From the NCBI GenBank assembly GCA_024626585.2, contig JANKJI020000004.1, forward strand, positions 167,612,669 through 167,633,764: 21,096 nucleotides of DNA, in the 5' to 3' direction. The notes beneath the pieces are model-generated. The model was not told the DNA's origin and searched no databases. It saw only the letters and a program-made list of their open reading frames with translations. The position numbers were made by a program, and so were the translations under genes. Position 1 is the stretch's first letter. Each line of letters opens with the position of its first letter. This DNA is from Ginkgo biloba. Lineage: Eukaryota; Plantae; Ginkgophyta. Below, piece by piece: positions 10,368 through 21,020 of this stretch.

Positions 10368-10838
10368 TGTAGTGGCCTTTTAGGGTTTCACTTCTCAAAT
10401 GGACCATAAAACAATATAATTCCTCCAATTATAGAAGAATACGCATGAAACATTTACTAGACAATGATAAAGCCACAACTTATCATAAGGGACTCATTTG
10501 AGTCCAAAAGATCACAAGGGGCTCGCTTGATTTCAAAAGTTCGAAATAACTAATAAGCAAATGCTCTACAAAATATATTCTAAAGTTACAATTATGATTA
10601 CAAATGAGGCTCGAGTGGCCTTATATGGGCCACCACTTATGTCTACATAATCATCACAATTAGCCACAATCATATACATGGTTTGGGAGACATAATATGC
10701 TATCTACTTCTAATATGCCTTTCCTTCAAAGTCTATGTCTCCATCATCCAATCACACTTCCACATCTATAAACTATAGTATTGGCTAATTCAGGGTCTCG
10801 GGTGCGAAGCCCACCACTAGCAAAGGGTTAGCATTATA
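10368..10838 (-). repeat. LTR copy (3' LTR of the 10368-17301 element)
   Basis: Shares blocks such as TAGGGTTTCACT.CTCAAATGGACC, CCAATTATAGAAGAATAC.CATGAA, ATCATAAGGGACTCA, GAGTCCAAAAGATCACAA and TACAAATGAGGCT with 16732-17301. Confidence 0.85.
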
Positions 10839-11660
10839 ATAATGAGGAATGCATACATTAAGAATAAGAGATTCATAAAGCATGGAGATAAATGGACACA
10901 CTTGTGGGGTACAATCCTCATTTATTATCATTGATTACATGGTACATTGTACAAATGCCTAAGGATAGGCCCCTCTCACACCTAACTATAAACACTTGTT
11001 CTCAACTGTCACATCTTACGTTGTTTTTCTCTCTCCTATTCGTATTGATTTATCTCTCATAAATGATGTATGACATGTCTCTTCTCTTTATTCTAAGTGT
11101 CATAACCCTAAAAGTGACTCCATTAATTACAAGATCATGGTTCATTTAATGCCTTATTAACCGCTTCATTAATTGCCTCTTTAGTGTCTCTTAAATGCAT
11201 GCACTATTATGTCTTTATTGTATGAAGAGATTGTACGGTTAGTGCGGGCAGCCTGTACAAATCCATATCGATAGGTGTATGGACATCTTATAGATTGCAC
11301 GAATCGTACATGCATACGAACAACGATAATCTATTGCCATGTCATTAACAATCTACCATGTCATTATTTGGTCTTGCTTTGTCATCATTTCTGTTGCTTA
11401 CATCATCATGCAAACCTACTTACATCATCATGTTGGTTTCATCCTATCATCTTGCTTATTTTACCATGTCATATGCAAATTTTGTCGTGTTATCTACTAA
11501 TTTTACCATATCACATGCTTTTCATCATGTTGGTTTCCATGTCATATGCATCATTTGCCATCTCATAGTTATCCTATTAACATCTCGTGGTACACTATTA
11601 TTTCAACTGTCTTTGCTCAAGTAAGATGAGCAAAAGGTTTTGGATTTGTAAGAGCTTAAG

Positions 11661-11794
11661 CATTAGGTGGGGTTAATATGTCTCCTATTTACCTATTAAT
11701 ATGGCTCCTATTTACCAATTAATATGCCTCCCATTTAAGTTATAGGAGCTACAACTTAATATGTCTCCCATTTACCAAATAACCCCACCTAATG
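11661..11794. repeat. 15-bp perfect inverted repeat enclosing four 23-bp direct repeats
   Basis: CATTAGGTGGGGTTA (11661-11675) and TAACCCCACCTAATG (11780-11794). Units TTAATATG.CTCC.ATTTACC.A start at 11673, 11696, 11719 (truncated) and 11756. Confidence 0.9.
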
Positions 11795-12881
11795 TGCTCA
11801 AAAAGAAATTGAGCCTTCACTGCTTGAAGTCCCTTTGCCTCTTCTCTTAATCTTTGTGCTTCTTCTCTTTTAGCTTTTGCCTCTTTTTCAACTAATTCAA
11901 GTGCTTCTTTCATTGCCAGAAAACAATCCTTCTTTGTTTTAGGATTTGGAAAATTGGTCTTGGTCGTGATAACGGTTTTGGCCTTCTTTCCAATATGTGT
12001 TCGTTGTGCATTGTCAGGCATTTTACTAACTAAATATACTCCCTTATTCTTCTTTGAACAATTTTTAGAAGTNNNNNNNNNNNNNNNNNNNNNNNNNNNN
12101 NNNNNNNNNNNNNNNNNNNNNNNNNNNNNNNNNNNNNNNNNNNCATTATTTCCACCATTATGAATGTTGTCTCCGTTGCAAGTACCACTATCATTAATGT
12201 TGCCTTTGTCATTGTTACAATTAAAGTTCCTTGCACCATTGTTACCATTAAAGTTACTTTTGTCATTATGATTGTTGTTATTGAAATTATTGAAGTTGAA
12301 GTGACTACCAATGCTAGATCTACCATTATTTTGATTGTTGCTAAAATATTGGTTATCAAATCCAACAAANNNNNNNNNNNNNNNNNNNNNNNNNNNNNNN
12401 NNNNNNNNNNNNNNNNNNNNNNNNNNNNNNNNNNNNNNNNNNNNNNNNNNNNNNNNNNNNNNNNNNNNNNNNNNNNNNNNNNNNNNNNNNNNNNNNNNNN
12501 NNNNNNNNNNNNNNNNNNNNNNNNNNNNNNNNNNNNNNNNNNNNNNNNNNNNNNNNNNNNNNNNNNNNNNNNNNNNNNNNNNACATGAATACTAATTGAG
12601 CTTGCTAGCTCCTTACAATCGTAGGTTGAATTGTCGCCATTGGGGCTATTATCAATTTTGATTTCACCCTTATAGTTGGGCTTATGTACTTCAGCTTCCA
12701 CGGTCTCTGCTACACACTGGTGTGATGATTCAGATTATGAGTTTGTAGTAGACTCAAAAGATACTAATGCACTTGGTAAATTGCCCTTAATGCCATAGCT
12801 AATTTTTGTAAATGCAAGGCAGTCTACATCATAAGTAATAATATTGCTTTTCCACTTTGGCATAATGGAAAGGTATAATGC

Positions 12882-13198
12882 CCACCAATCTTGCAAGGAT
12901 TTAGTCCTGTGTAACCACTCTTGGCCTAATAGTGCAGGATATGACCTACCTTAGCNNNNNNNNNNNNNNNNNNNNNNTACCACCTTTGCAATAGTAATGG
13001 GAACATTCTTGATAGTACGAAGGGTTGTACTCAGGATTAATCAATTATGGTTAAGGTATAATTTGCAGGTATCGTGGTTGGACTACTAATGGCTTTTCAC
13101 ATGTTTTTTGCAAGGACATTAATAGAAGAACTGCCATCAACAATTGCCTTGTCCACTATATAGCCCAAAAGTTGCATGGATACATAAGGTTCATGATC
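12882..13198 (-). pseudogene. Retrotransposon aspartic protease (retropepsin), decayed
   Basis: Minus strand reads DHEPYVSMQLLGYIVDKAIVDGSSSINVLAKNM*... (catalytic Asp codon at 13136-13138, cf. VDGGSSVN), then IKNVPITIAKV, and after a small gap SYPALLGQEWLHRTKSLQDW (cf. SY..LLGRPWL). In-frame stops are present. Confidence 0.85.
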
Positions 13199-13549
13199 CA
13201 ATTTTGGGTTTATGTGTCAGAATGGAAGTGGTTTTTACATTTTTAAGAACACGTATTATCTACTGCAATTGTGTGGGTTCCTAATACTAGATTAGGATGG
13301 ATAATGGAATGCTTAAATTTAAATCGTTAAGAAATTGCGTCAAAATTGCCAATTTCCACTCCTTGGTTAATATGGTGGGTATTAATGGCTCCATTGGTGT
13401 TGTTGCAATTACCTCAGGAATTGGTGTCGACATCTCAAGTTCGATGGAAGAAACTGTCGGTGTTGATGTCTCTTTTGGAGGTTTATTTTTTATTTTTAAG
13501 TACTAGGGGAATCGGTAGGCAAAGCCAATTTTCTTGCCACAGATGATGG

Positions 13550-13682
13550 TTCAAGCTGGCCCACCCCTATAAACCCTAGTCGCGGGCAAGTGACCCCTCA
13601 CTATCCACGGGTGGTAAATTGAGGGGAATGGAACCTCAGTCCGGTGGGTATCAACCCAAAGCCGCGACCGTTGCGCCAAATC
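13550..13682 (-). mobile_element. tRNA-derived SINE-like element with Pol III A and B boxes; 5' end lost in gap
   Basis: Minus strand has TGGCGCAACGG (13678-13668), a full match to A-box TRGCNNARYGG. After a 32-nt spacer comes GGTTCCATTCC (13635-13625), one mismatch to B-box GGTTCGANNCC. A TGGGT/ACCCA stem sits at the anticodon-arm position. GC- and CpG-rich relative to flanks. Confidence 0.6.
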
Positions 13683-16600
13683 NNNNNNNNNNNNNNNNNN
13701 NNNNNNNNNNNNNNNNNNNNNNNNNNNNNNNNNNNNNNNNNNNNNNNNNNNNNNNNNNNNNNNNNNNNNNNNNNNNNNNNNNAAATGTGCATGGAGGCCC
13801 CATTGCAACATTCCTATCTATTAAAATAAATTAATGTTTACATGTTGTCATTAGGTTCATAACCCAATGTTATAGGACCTTGATATTTAATGTACTATTA
13901 AAATGTAAAAGGGGTGAGTCGTCTTAAGGTCGGTCCTTAGGGTGACATGTGTCAGGAGTCATTGAACAAGTGTCAAGTCCAGAAATGCCAATTACAAAAC
14001 CCCTTGTGTATATGTGTACCGGTCTTGTACATTTTATCAAATGAGCATTGAGGATGGTCATGGTAGACCAATTCTACCTGAACTTGTCTTGTTTCTGTGT
14101 GCTTATTGATTGTTTGATATTGGATTAATTCTGGTATTAGTTTTAACATTTGTTGTCAAAGCTGATGGTTAATTCCTTAGCTTGAACTATGTGAGGATCA
14201 ATTCTCAGTCTGATTCGAATTTAGAGTTTAGAATTAATTCTTAAGCTTAGTTTGTGTGTTAAGGTGGTTTGTACGTGCAGTTTGTTGGGAGAATCAAGTT
14301 ATGCGGAGTATGAACGTGTTTTGTACATGTTTAATGTGGGAAATTGTGGAGTTGTGGTGAAGAATCGCCTGTGAGCATTGTTCATCGTTTGTAGTAAAGA
14401 GTTGTTCACTGTTTATAGCCTATACCTTGAGTGCCCTTTGGAGAGAAGAGGAGCCATGATCTAGTGATGCTTGAGGAATGACGTATCAATGGTGAATTGA
14501 GAAGTATAGCTATTTGTTGTGAACAAATGTAGTAGCTGAAGAGCTGAAGCACTTCACCATGCTTGGAGAATGCTGTAAAGAGAAATTTCAACGTACATCT
14601 GAGATCAGTTGGTCGCTGCATAGAGGAACGTGTGAATCGGAAGAGTTGGTTGTCGTCGTTCGTTGGTAAGCGAGATTATTTAAAACAAACAAACGTCATG
14701 GAACTGCCTGTTCGCCAATGAGGAAAGAGACACAGTGAGGCTTGTGAAGGTAGTGAAGCCGTGTGCCATGGTGGTTTGAGTAACGGAGGCTAATTATTCG
14801 AACATCGTTGGTTTATGGATGCTGGTGGTGTGAGTCATTCGAACATTGTTCAGGACTAAGCTAGAGCATCGCTATTTGAAAGGATATTGCAAAACGCTGT
14901 GTAAACCTTGGATGCTAGCCCATGGAGGTCTGTGAAGTCATTGTGAGGCAGAAGGATTTTGCTTGACGGAGAATCACCAGAGGAGATTGCTAAGAATGTT
15001 AGTAGGAGGAGCAATGCCACATAAAGGGTCTTAGGTGTGATGAGTGAACATTTGTTCATCATTGGTATTTCTACTTTTTGCCAGGAAGTACTTGTGTTGA
15101 TGACACGACGATTTTGGAACTAGAGCATGCTGACAGAGGGGTATGGATTTAGAATCGGATCGGTGAGCAATGGTCATGTCTTGTACTTATTCTCTTGAAT
15201 TACTTTTTGTATTTTCTTCTGTCTTTGTAAAAATGATTGGGTTCAAGCCTATCTACTAGTCATTGCGTCACTAGTAACCGTAGGTTACTTGTATTCTATG
15301 TATCGGCCAGTCACTTGGTGACTAGAAAGACTGCTATGTAATTTCACAGGTTATGATGTAACTGTCGTCATTAACTGTTTCCAATCTGTTGCGGAGAGTT
15401 GAGCTAACCATAAAAAAAATAAAAAACTTATACCTGAAAGGAGANNNNNNNNNNNNNNNNNNNNNNNNNNNNNNNNNNNNNNNNNNNNNNNNNNNNNNNN
15501 NNNNNNNNNNNNNNNNNNNNNNNNNNNNNNNNNNNNNNNNNNNNTCCTTCAACGTTAGTCTTGCAATCAGTCTAAGAATTTGAAAGAGCGCTATGGGAAT
15601 GACCAGGGGGGATAATGGCAAATTTATCTACCATTATTAGGGTTGGCCTCCCTAATGGGCGGAATTAAGACCACCTATCACTGAATTAAAAGCAAGGGTG
15701 GTGGAAAATCTACAAGCAAAGTTGGAAATCATACGAATTGATAACCTTTGACCCGCACAGATTTCCTTAACTTCCACTAACCTTTCCTCTCCCTCCTTTA
15801 CATTCCTCTCAGAGCTCCTTCGACTGACATTTGGACTTTAACATTTGCTCTCCTTTTTTCATTTTTTTATTTTGTTCATCATTATCGTGTGCTTCTTCTT
15901 TTTATCCAACTTCGTGTTCCATCACTTTTTTCCCTTGCTTGGGAATTGGTGGTATATGCCTTCGTTTCTCTTGCAAACTCTGAATTGTTTCCCACATTTA
16001 TTTTTTATTTGGCTGTTAAAATCTTGTGCATAATTTTCCATGGCTTAAAAAATAACCCTTTGGAGTAGGCGCAGTTACATATATACTAGGTGGAAAATTT
16101 TGAAGTTCTTGAAATTAGAATTGACTAACAAGATTTGATCAACTTGAATATGCAAAAATATCTAGGAAATTTTGACGACTAGTCCCAAAAATTTAGTTGT
16201 TTGAACTCAAGCCTTAAAATAACAACCGATTTGTTTGCAATGGCACAGGAGCTTCTTAAATCCAAGAATGAGGATAAATTTATTTTTGATTTTGACTATC
16301 TTAGACTGAATTTTTCGACTTTGGAACAAATATTTTAGAAAAAATGGANNNNNNNNNNNNNNNNNNNNNNNNNNNNNNNNNNNNNNNNNAGAAAATAAGA
16401 ATCTAAATTTACTCATTTTTTGAATTTGTGTGCCTTGATGTCTGCTTTCAAGATATGTGAAAATATTCTATAAAATCTGTTGAATTTCCCATCAAAACTT
16501 CCATTTTTTATGAAACCCTTCCAAAATAACATAAAAAAGAGCTAAATTTTAGATCAAATTCAAATGCTCTTTCGTAGAGTTTTTAGACTTGAGGTAGGAC

Positions 16601-16731
16601 TTTGTTATAATTGCATAGCTCGATCTGATCTTTTTGAATATGCAAAAGAATCATGGAATTCTGACATTTGAAGTCACAAATTTGATAGATTAACTCACAA
16701 CAAAAGAACTTAAGTTTAGCTTTGATTCACT

Positions 16732-17301
16732 TGTAGTGATCCATTAGGGTTTCACTACTCAAATGGACCCTAAAATGATATAACTCCACCAATTATAGAA
16801 GAATACACATGAATCATACACCATGCAATAATAAAATCTCATTTTAAAATCCAAAAGCTCAGAATATGGTCGTTATTCATATCATAAGGGACTCACTAGA
16901 GTCCAAAAGATCACAATGGACTTTCCTGAGTCCAAATGTTCAAAATGAGCGAATGCTCCACAAAATATTCTAGAGTAACAATACAAATGAGGCTTGAACA
17001 CCTTTATATACCTAAAATGGCCCCCTTCAACCTAAACCTTAGCGTACCTTTGTATAGGCCTTAATATATCTTTCTAGAGCACTATTTGTGGTTACCCTTA
17101 TAAATATGGGCACTATTTATCCCTACATAAATTTCACATTTATTCACAATCGTTTATGTAGTTTGGAGGGCACAACATGCCATCTCCTCTTAATATGCTT
17201 TGGCCTCAAAGCATGGGTCACCATTGTCCATTCACACTTCACATCTATGGACTATAGGAACACTTACTAGGATCTAGGAGTTTCCCCTTGGGTTCATTAC
17301 A
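16732..17301 (-). repeat. LTR copy (5' LTR of the 10368-17301 element)
   Basis: TGTAGTG...CATTACA termini, adjacent degenerate PBS. About 100 bp longer than the other copy because of indels. Confidence 0.85.
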
Positions 17302-18498
17302 ACTTACATAAGAGTTGTCCTATATTTTTCCATTAAGTGGCAATTTACATAAAAGTTTCATTCTTTGTATATTGCTTGTATACATAGTTGAAGGTACCTA
17401 TGGAGAGTCAAAATTGTTGACTAAATATGAACCCCACGCATTAAATCCATAGTTAGCAACTAAGTTGGTACCATTGGGATTATACATGCACTTATTCATT
17501 ACACGTACATGTCATTTATTACACAACACAAGAATACAAACATGATATGGGTATAGTCTTATATATTTATTGTTATTAATNNNNNNNNNNNNNNNNNNNN
17601 NNNNNNNNNNNNNNNNNNNNNNNNNNNNNNNNNNNNNNNNNNNNNNNNNNNNNNNNNNNNNNNNNNNNNNNNNNNNNNNNAATCTGTTGTAGGTGCCATT
17701 GGAGAATTTTGACTTCTCCACTGGAAAACAGATCAATACCTAATTGTAGGATTATGAGATTAATTAATATTTAATAATTAATCGTTATTAATGATAGAAC
17801 ATAGCGTAAAGGCCTTTCGCTCTTGGCACACCTTTATCCTCACTTTTCTCTTTTTTATTATAACCAGCTCTCTCTAAAACTCAATGGATGCAACCCATTA
17901 TCATAGAGTAACACAACTCTCAAGACAATGCTTCTACTTAATGCACTTCTAAATCAAAGTGCTATGTCATAATTATGATGTTGACATCATCTTGTGTCAT
18001 GCTACGATCATCCTATGTGGACTACATGTAATGACTGTGTACATATGTACATACTATTGCATCATAAACACATTGGAATCTTCTTCGTACATGATGGACT
18101 TTTCTTGGATCAATTCTACCATGGATAGAACATCTTTGATGCTATCGTATATTGAGGTAATCTTTGTGGAATCACCTTGTTAGTTGTTTGTCCCCATGCA
18201 TCACATAAACCCTAACATGTTAGCCACTATTATATTATGTCTCCTCACTCAAGCAAGATGAGTGGAAAGCCTTAATTTTTAAGGGGGGGGAACTTGGGAA
18301 TTAGGTGGGCATATTTGGTTATTAACCCACTTTGTTAAATAAATACACATTTATATTGGTAGTAACCTATTTATTTTTTGCTTTTTCTAATTCTTATGTC
18401 TTTTTTATTATCTTCTCTGTGTTTATGGATTTTTGGATTTGTACCACTACTATCCAACATGTCTATGTACAATCATTTGGTAGTGATGGAGCCGAGCC

Positions 18499-18900
18499 TT
18501 AATAGAGCTCGACACGACTCCCATTTACCAATTTGGATAAAAGTTTATCATCTAGTTGTCTCAAATGTACTGGTCCAATCTTGTTCATGGTTTGGATGAT
18601 GCATGGTCTATGCCATTGCATTTTTAGCTTTCTTGGCTTGGTATGAAACTTTTAGTCGCATAATAATGCTTTGTCACCTTCTTTGAATACCAGTGCTTTG
18701 ATGTGCCAGTCGCACGATGCCTTTCGATGTTGCTTTTCATCTTTGGCTTGTTCTTTTATTCTTGGATTCATTCTCTATGACTGTCGATGAATTGGTTTAG
18801 CTCCTCCCATCAACTTGATATGATGTATATAGATTTTGTGGGGTATACTCTTCAATCCTTTGTACGACCAGGCGAACACGTCTCAATATTTAGAGAAAAT
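18499..18900 (-). pseudogene. pol remnant: RT N-terminus fused in frame to integrase C-terminus
   Basis: One frame reads IFSKY*DVFAWSYKGLKSIPHKIYIHHIKLMGGAKPIHRQS*RMNPRIKEQAKDE-KQHRKASCDWHIKALVFKEGDKALLCD*KFHTKPRKLKMQWHRPCIIQTMNKIGPVHLRQLDDKLLSKLVNGSRVELY*. DVFAWSY...H.I.L..GAKP....RMNP is the Tat/Athila-type RT start. F.EGD..LL.D...KLK..W.GP...VNGSR...Y is the integrase GPY/F tail. Confidence 0.88.
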
Positions 18901-19784
18901 CATTGTGTTTTGAATTATTTGGCCACATCCGAATAATTATAATTTGGATGTTGTTTTGTCTTGATATTCATGGTTTGTGTTTATAGCACCTATTCATGGA
19001 TCTCCTTTTGTCTTCATTTAGGAGGTGTCCTAGCACATCATCAACATTCCAACCTTCGTAATTGAACTTAAATTACTCTTAACGAAAGTGAGACATTTGG
19101 TTGCATTGTGGTTTCTTTTTCTTCTGTATGATTTTTCATCCGTCTTCAGTTCTGGTTGTTGGTCATTTTCATTATCTCATTGTTGGACAAGGACCAACGT
19201 AGGCTGAAGTAGTTCAACACAACTGTCTTTTCATGATCTGGTAGTTGTTTTATTTTCTGCAACATGGCATTTATGGTCAGCGTCTTGGATTGGCACATAC
19301 ACATGGAGACAACCTATTTTTCAAACATGCTCCAATGTTATTTTTGCTATTCCTCATATTGTGCGTACCATCGTTTCAACTGATTGAGTGGTAATGATGA
19401 TAGAAACAGGTGTATCCATATTGTGTGAAGTATGTTGCATGTCTTCCATATCTGTTTGCATAACTCTATATGTTCTTTTGGTNNNNNNNNNNNNNNNNNN
19501 NNNNNNNNNNNNNNNNNNNNNNNNNNNNNNNNNNNNNNNNNNNNNNNNNNNNNNNNNNNNNNNNNNNNNNNNNNNNNNNNNNTGTTATGGGTAGCAGTGC
19601 CGCACACCTTTCTTCTTCTCTAATTACTGTTCTTATTGAATTGCTATATATTCTTATTTGTGAAATTGTTAATTTCTCTATATTATTTACTAGTTTCTTG
19701 TTTGGGTCACCACAAGTAGTATCGAAGTTTTAAACAATCCTGGACCCAAGAAGGTAGATGGTATAGATAAGACAACAAAAATAA

Positions 19785-20216
19785 ATGGAAGGAAAGATCC
19801 CAGAATGGCACACCTCCACCTATGATAGATTGGATTTCAAGATCAACCACATGGATGACAAAATTAAGGGCATGAATAGTGAAATGAAAGACATAAAGAG
19901 GAATGTAGATAACATGTTAGACCAACTCAATCAAATTCTCGAACAACTTCGTACACGTCCAAAAAGAATAAGTAGAAGCTCAAACAACCAAGGCAAGAGA
20001 CAACTGGTATCAATAGAACGACTACAAGCCAAATTACTGCATGAATGGAAGGAGGTTGAAAAAGTTGCAACACATGTAGAAATCCATGCTGAGATTCATC
20101 GAATGTCCAAGGGCATACTCGAAGAACAATGCGATGAAGATGTAGCAACTCAAGAGAATACTCATCAATCTAATGATCATGCACCGCCTGTAATCTTGAG
20201 GTTTGTACAGTTCTAG
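19785..20216 (+). CDS. 143-aa ORF with N-terminal coiled coil, probably the gag N-terminus of a + strand LTR element
   Basis: True ATG, no gaps, heptad-like LDFKINHMDDKIKGMNSEMKDIKRNVDNMLDQLNQILEQL. Preceded by CACCACA (possible LTR end, 19708-19714) and TAGTATCGAAGT (8/12 to the iMet PBS). No family recognised. Confidence 0.35.
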   Translation: MEGKIPEWHTSTYDRLDFKINHMDDKIKGMNSEMKDIKRNVDNMLDQLNQILEQLRTRPKRISRSSNNQGKRQLVSIERLQAKLLHEWKEVEKVATHVEIHAEIHRMSKGILEEQCDEDVATQENTHQSNDHAPPVILRFVQF

Positions 20217-20349
20217 AAGATGGGAAAAACCAAGGAATGTATTCAATCAGGCTTCCTAAAGATCTGAGGCGTATAGAAAGAAAATCTGAAAATCAAAACC
20301 ATGCAATTAGTTTAACCCATATAAATGCGCTATTCAAACCATTTATAGT

Positions 20350-21020
20350 GTCCTTTGGCATCGTTCACACCATTTTTTACTTCCCTTTACTTTTGTTGGT
20401 ATTTTGCTTCCCGCNNNNNNNNNNNNNNNNNCGAATCTTTAGCTTTTCGGTTTCCTCCAATAGTTTTTCAATTTTTGCATCCTTCGTCTCTTCTTTAGGC
20501 TTGGGATTTTTGGATTGCATAGCCTCTTTACTGACGTTCCAACATGAAGGATCTCCACCTACAGAATATTTTCTTGTCATACTTTTCTGTGGTTCGACCT
20601 AGTCTTCATAAGTGAATGCTAGGTCTCGACCTTGTTCATAGGTTTGCATAGGTAGTAGTCTAACTTTCTCCTAGTAAATTGGGAGTAATCCGTCTGCAAA
20701 ATTGTTCATTAGTGCTACTCTACCGNNNNNNNNNNNNNNNNNNNTTTTTTCCACTAGCACTTGTAACCTTCTGTTGTAATTTCGTATAGTCTCATCCAGG
20801 CCTTGCTTGATCTGTAAGATCTGATATCGATCCAAGAATAATTCTCTCACTTTGAACCATGGCTTGCACTGGATGCATTCGAACCATTGTAATGCGATGC
20901 TGCACAATGTGGAGAAGAATTTTCTTTTGATTAGGTTCTCGTCTTGGATCTCGTATTGCTAAATGTAATTTTGGAATAGGGCTAGATGCTTCAATGAATC
21001 TTTGTGCCCTTCATATTTTA
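20350..21020 (-). pseudogene. Retrotransposon gag (capsid domain plus degenerate Zn-knuckle start)
   Basis: KYEGHKDSLKHLALFQNYI*QYEIQDENLIKRKFFSTLCSIALQWF...WFKVRELFLDRYQILQIKQGLDETIRNYNRRL...FADGLLP fits the retrotransposon gag pattern (Y.G..DP..HL..F; F..TL...A..WF; IKQ...E.+..Y..RF; F..GL). WCERCQ near 20355-20372 looks like the start of a CCHC knuckle. Stops are present. Confidence 0.85.

Larger units (their letters stand above)
10843..13545 (-). mobile_element. Nested Ty3/Gypsy (Athila/Tat-like) remnant: LTR-like region, 3' UTR, low-complexity ORF, protease
   Basis: LTR-like region rich in CCATGTCAT / ACATCATC motifs (about 10843-11600). Its 3'-UTR motif CTCAAG.AAGATGAG...TTAGGTGGG is shared with 18246-18310. 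Contains the protease pseudogene listed separately. Boundaries are approximate. Confidence 0.6.
10368..17301 (-). mobile_element. Old LTR retrotransposon with both LTRs, a 5-bp TSD and nested insertions
   Basis: Diverged direct repeats at 10368-10838 and 16732-17301, both starting TGTAGTG and ending CATTATA / CATTACA. ACTTA flanks both outer ends (10363-10367, 17302-17306). A degenerate reverse PBS GCTTTGATTCA at 16719-16729 abuts the right LTR. CCTTTATATACC near 17001 is a minus-strand TATA-like motif. No PPT visible next to the left LTR. Confidence 0.7.

Noticed and set aside
11673-11778. 23-bp repeats as a CRISPR-like array
   Set aside because: Units are head-to-tail without unique spacers, the context is a eukaryotic TE, and there are no cas genes.
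12030-12701. Long ORFs spanning N-runs (also 1488-1895, 6346-6594, 13551-13834, 15334-15621, 17512-17736, 19347-19733)
   Set aside because: Lengths are inflated by X residues; hydrophobic or low-complexity translations are typical of AT-rich non-coding DNA.
13605-13682. Functional tRNA gene
   Set aside because: B box has a mismatch, the T-arm and anticodon loop sizes are non-canonical, and the acceptor stem cannot be verified because of the gap; treated as SINE-like.
13783-15444. Possible long + strand LTR of another nested element
   Set aside because: LTR-like in composition, but both ends fall in N gaps, so no termini, PBS or TSD can be shown.
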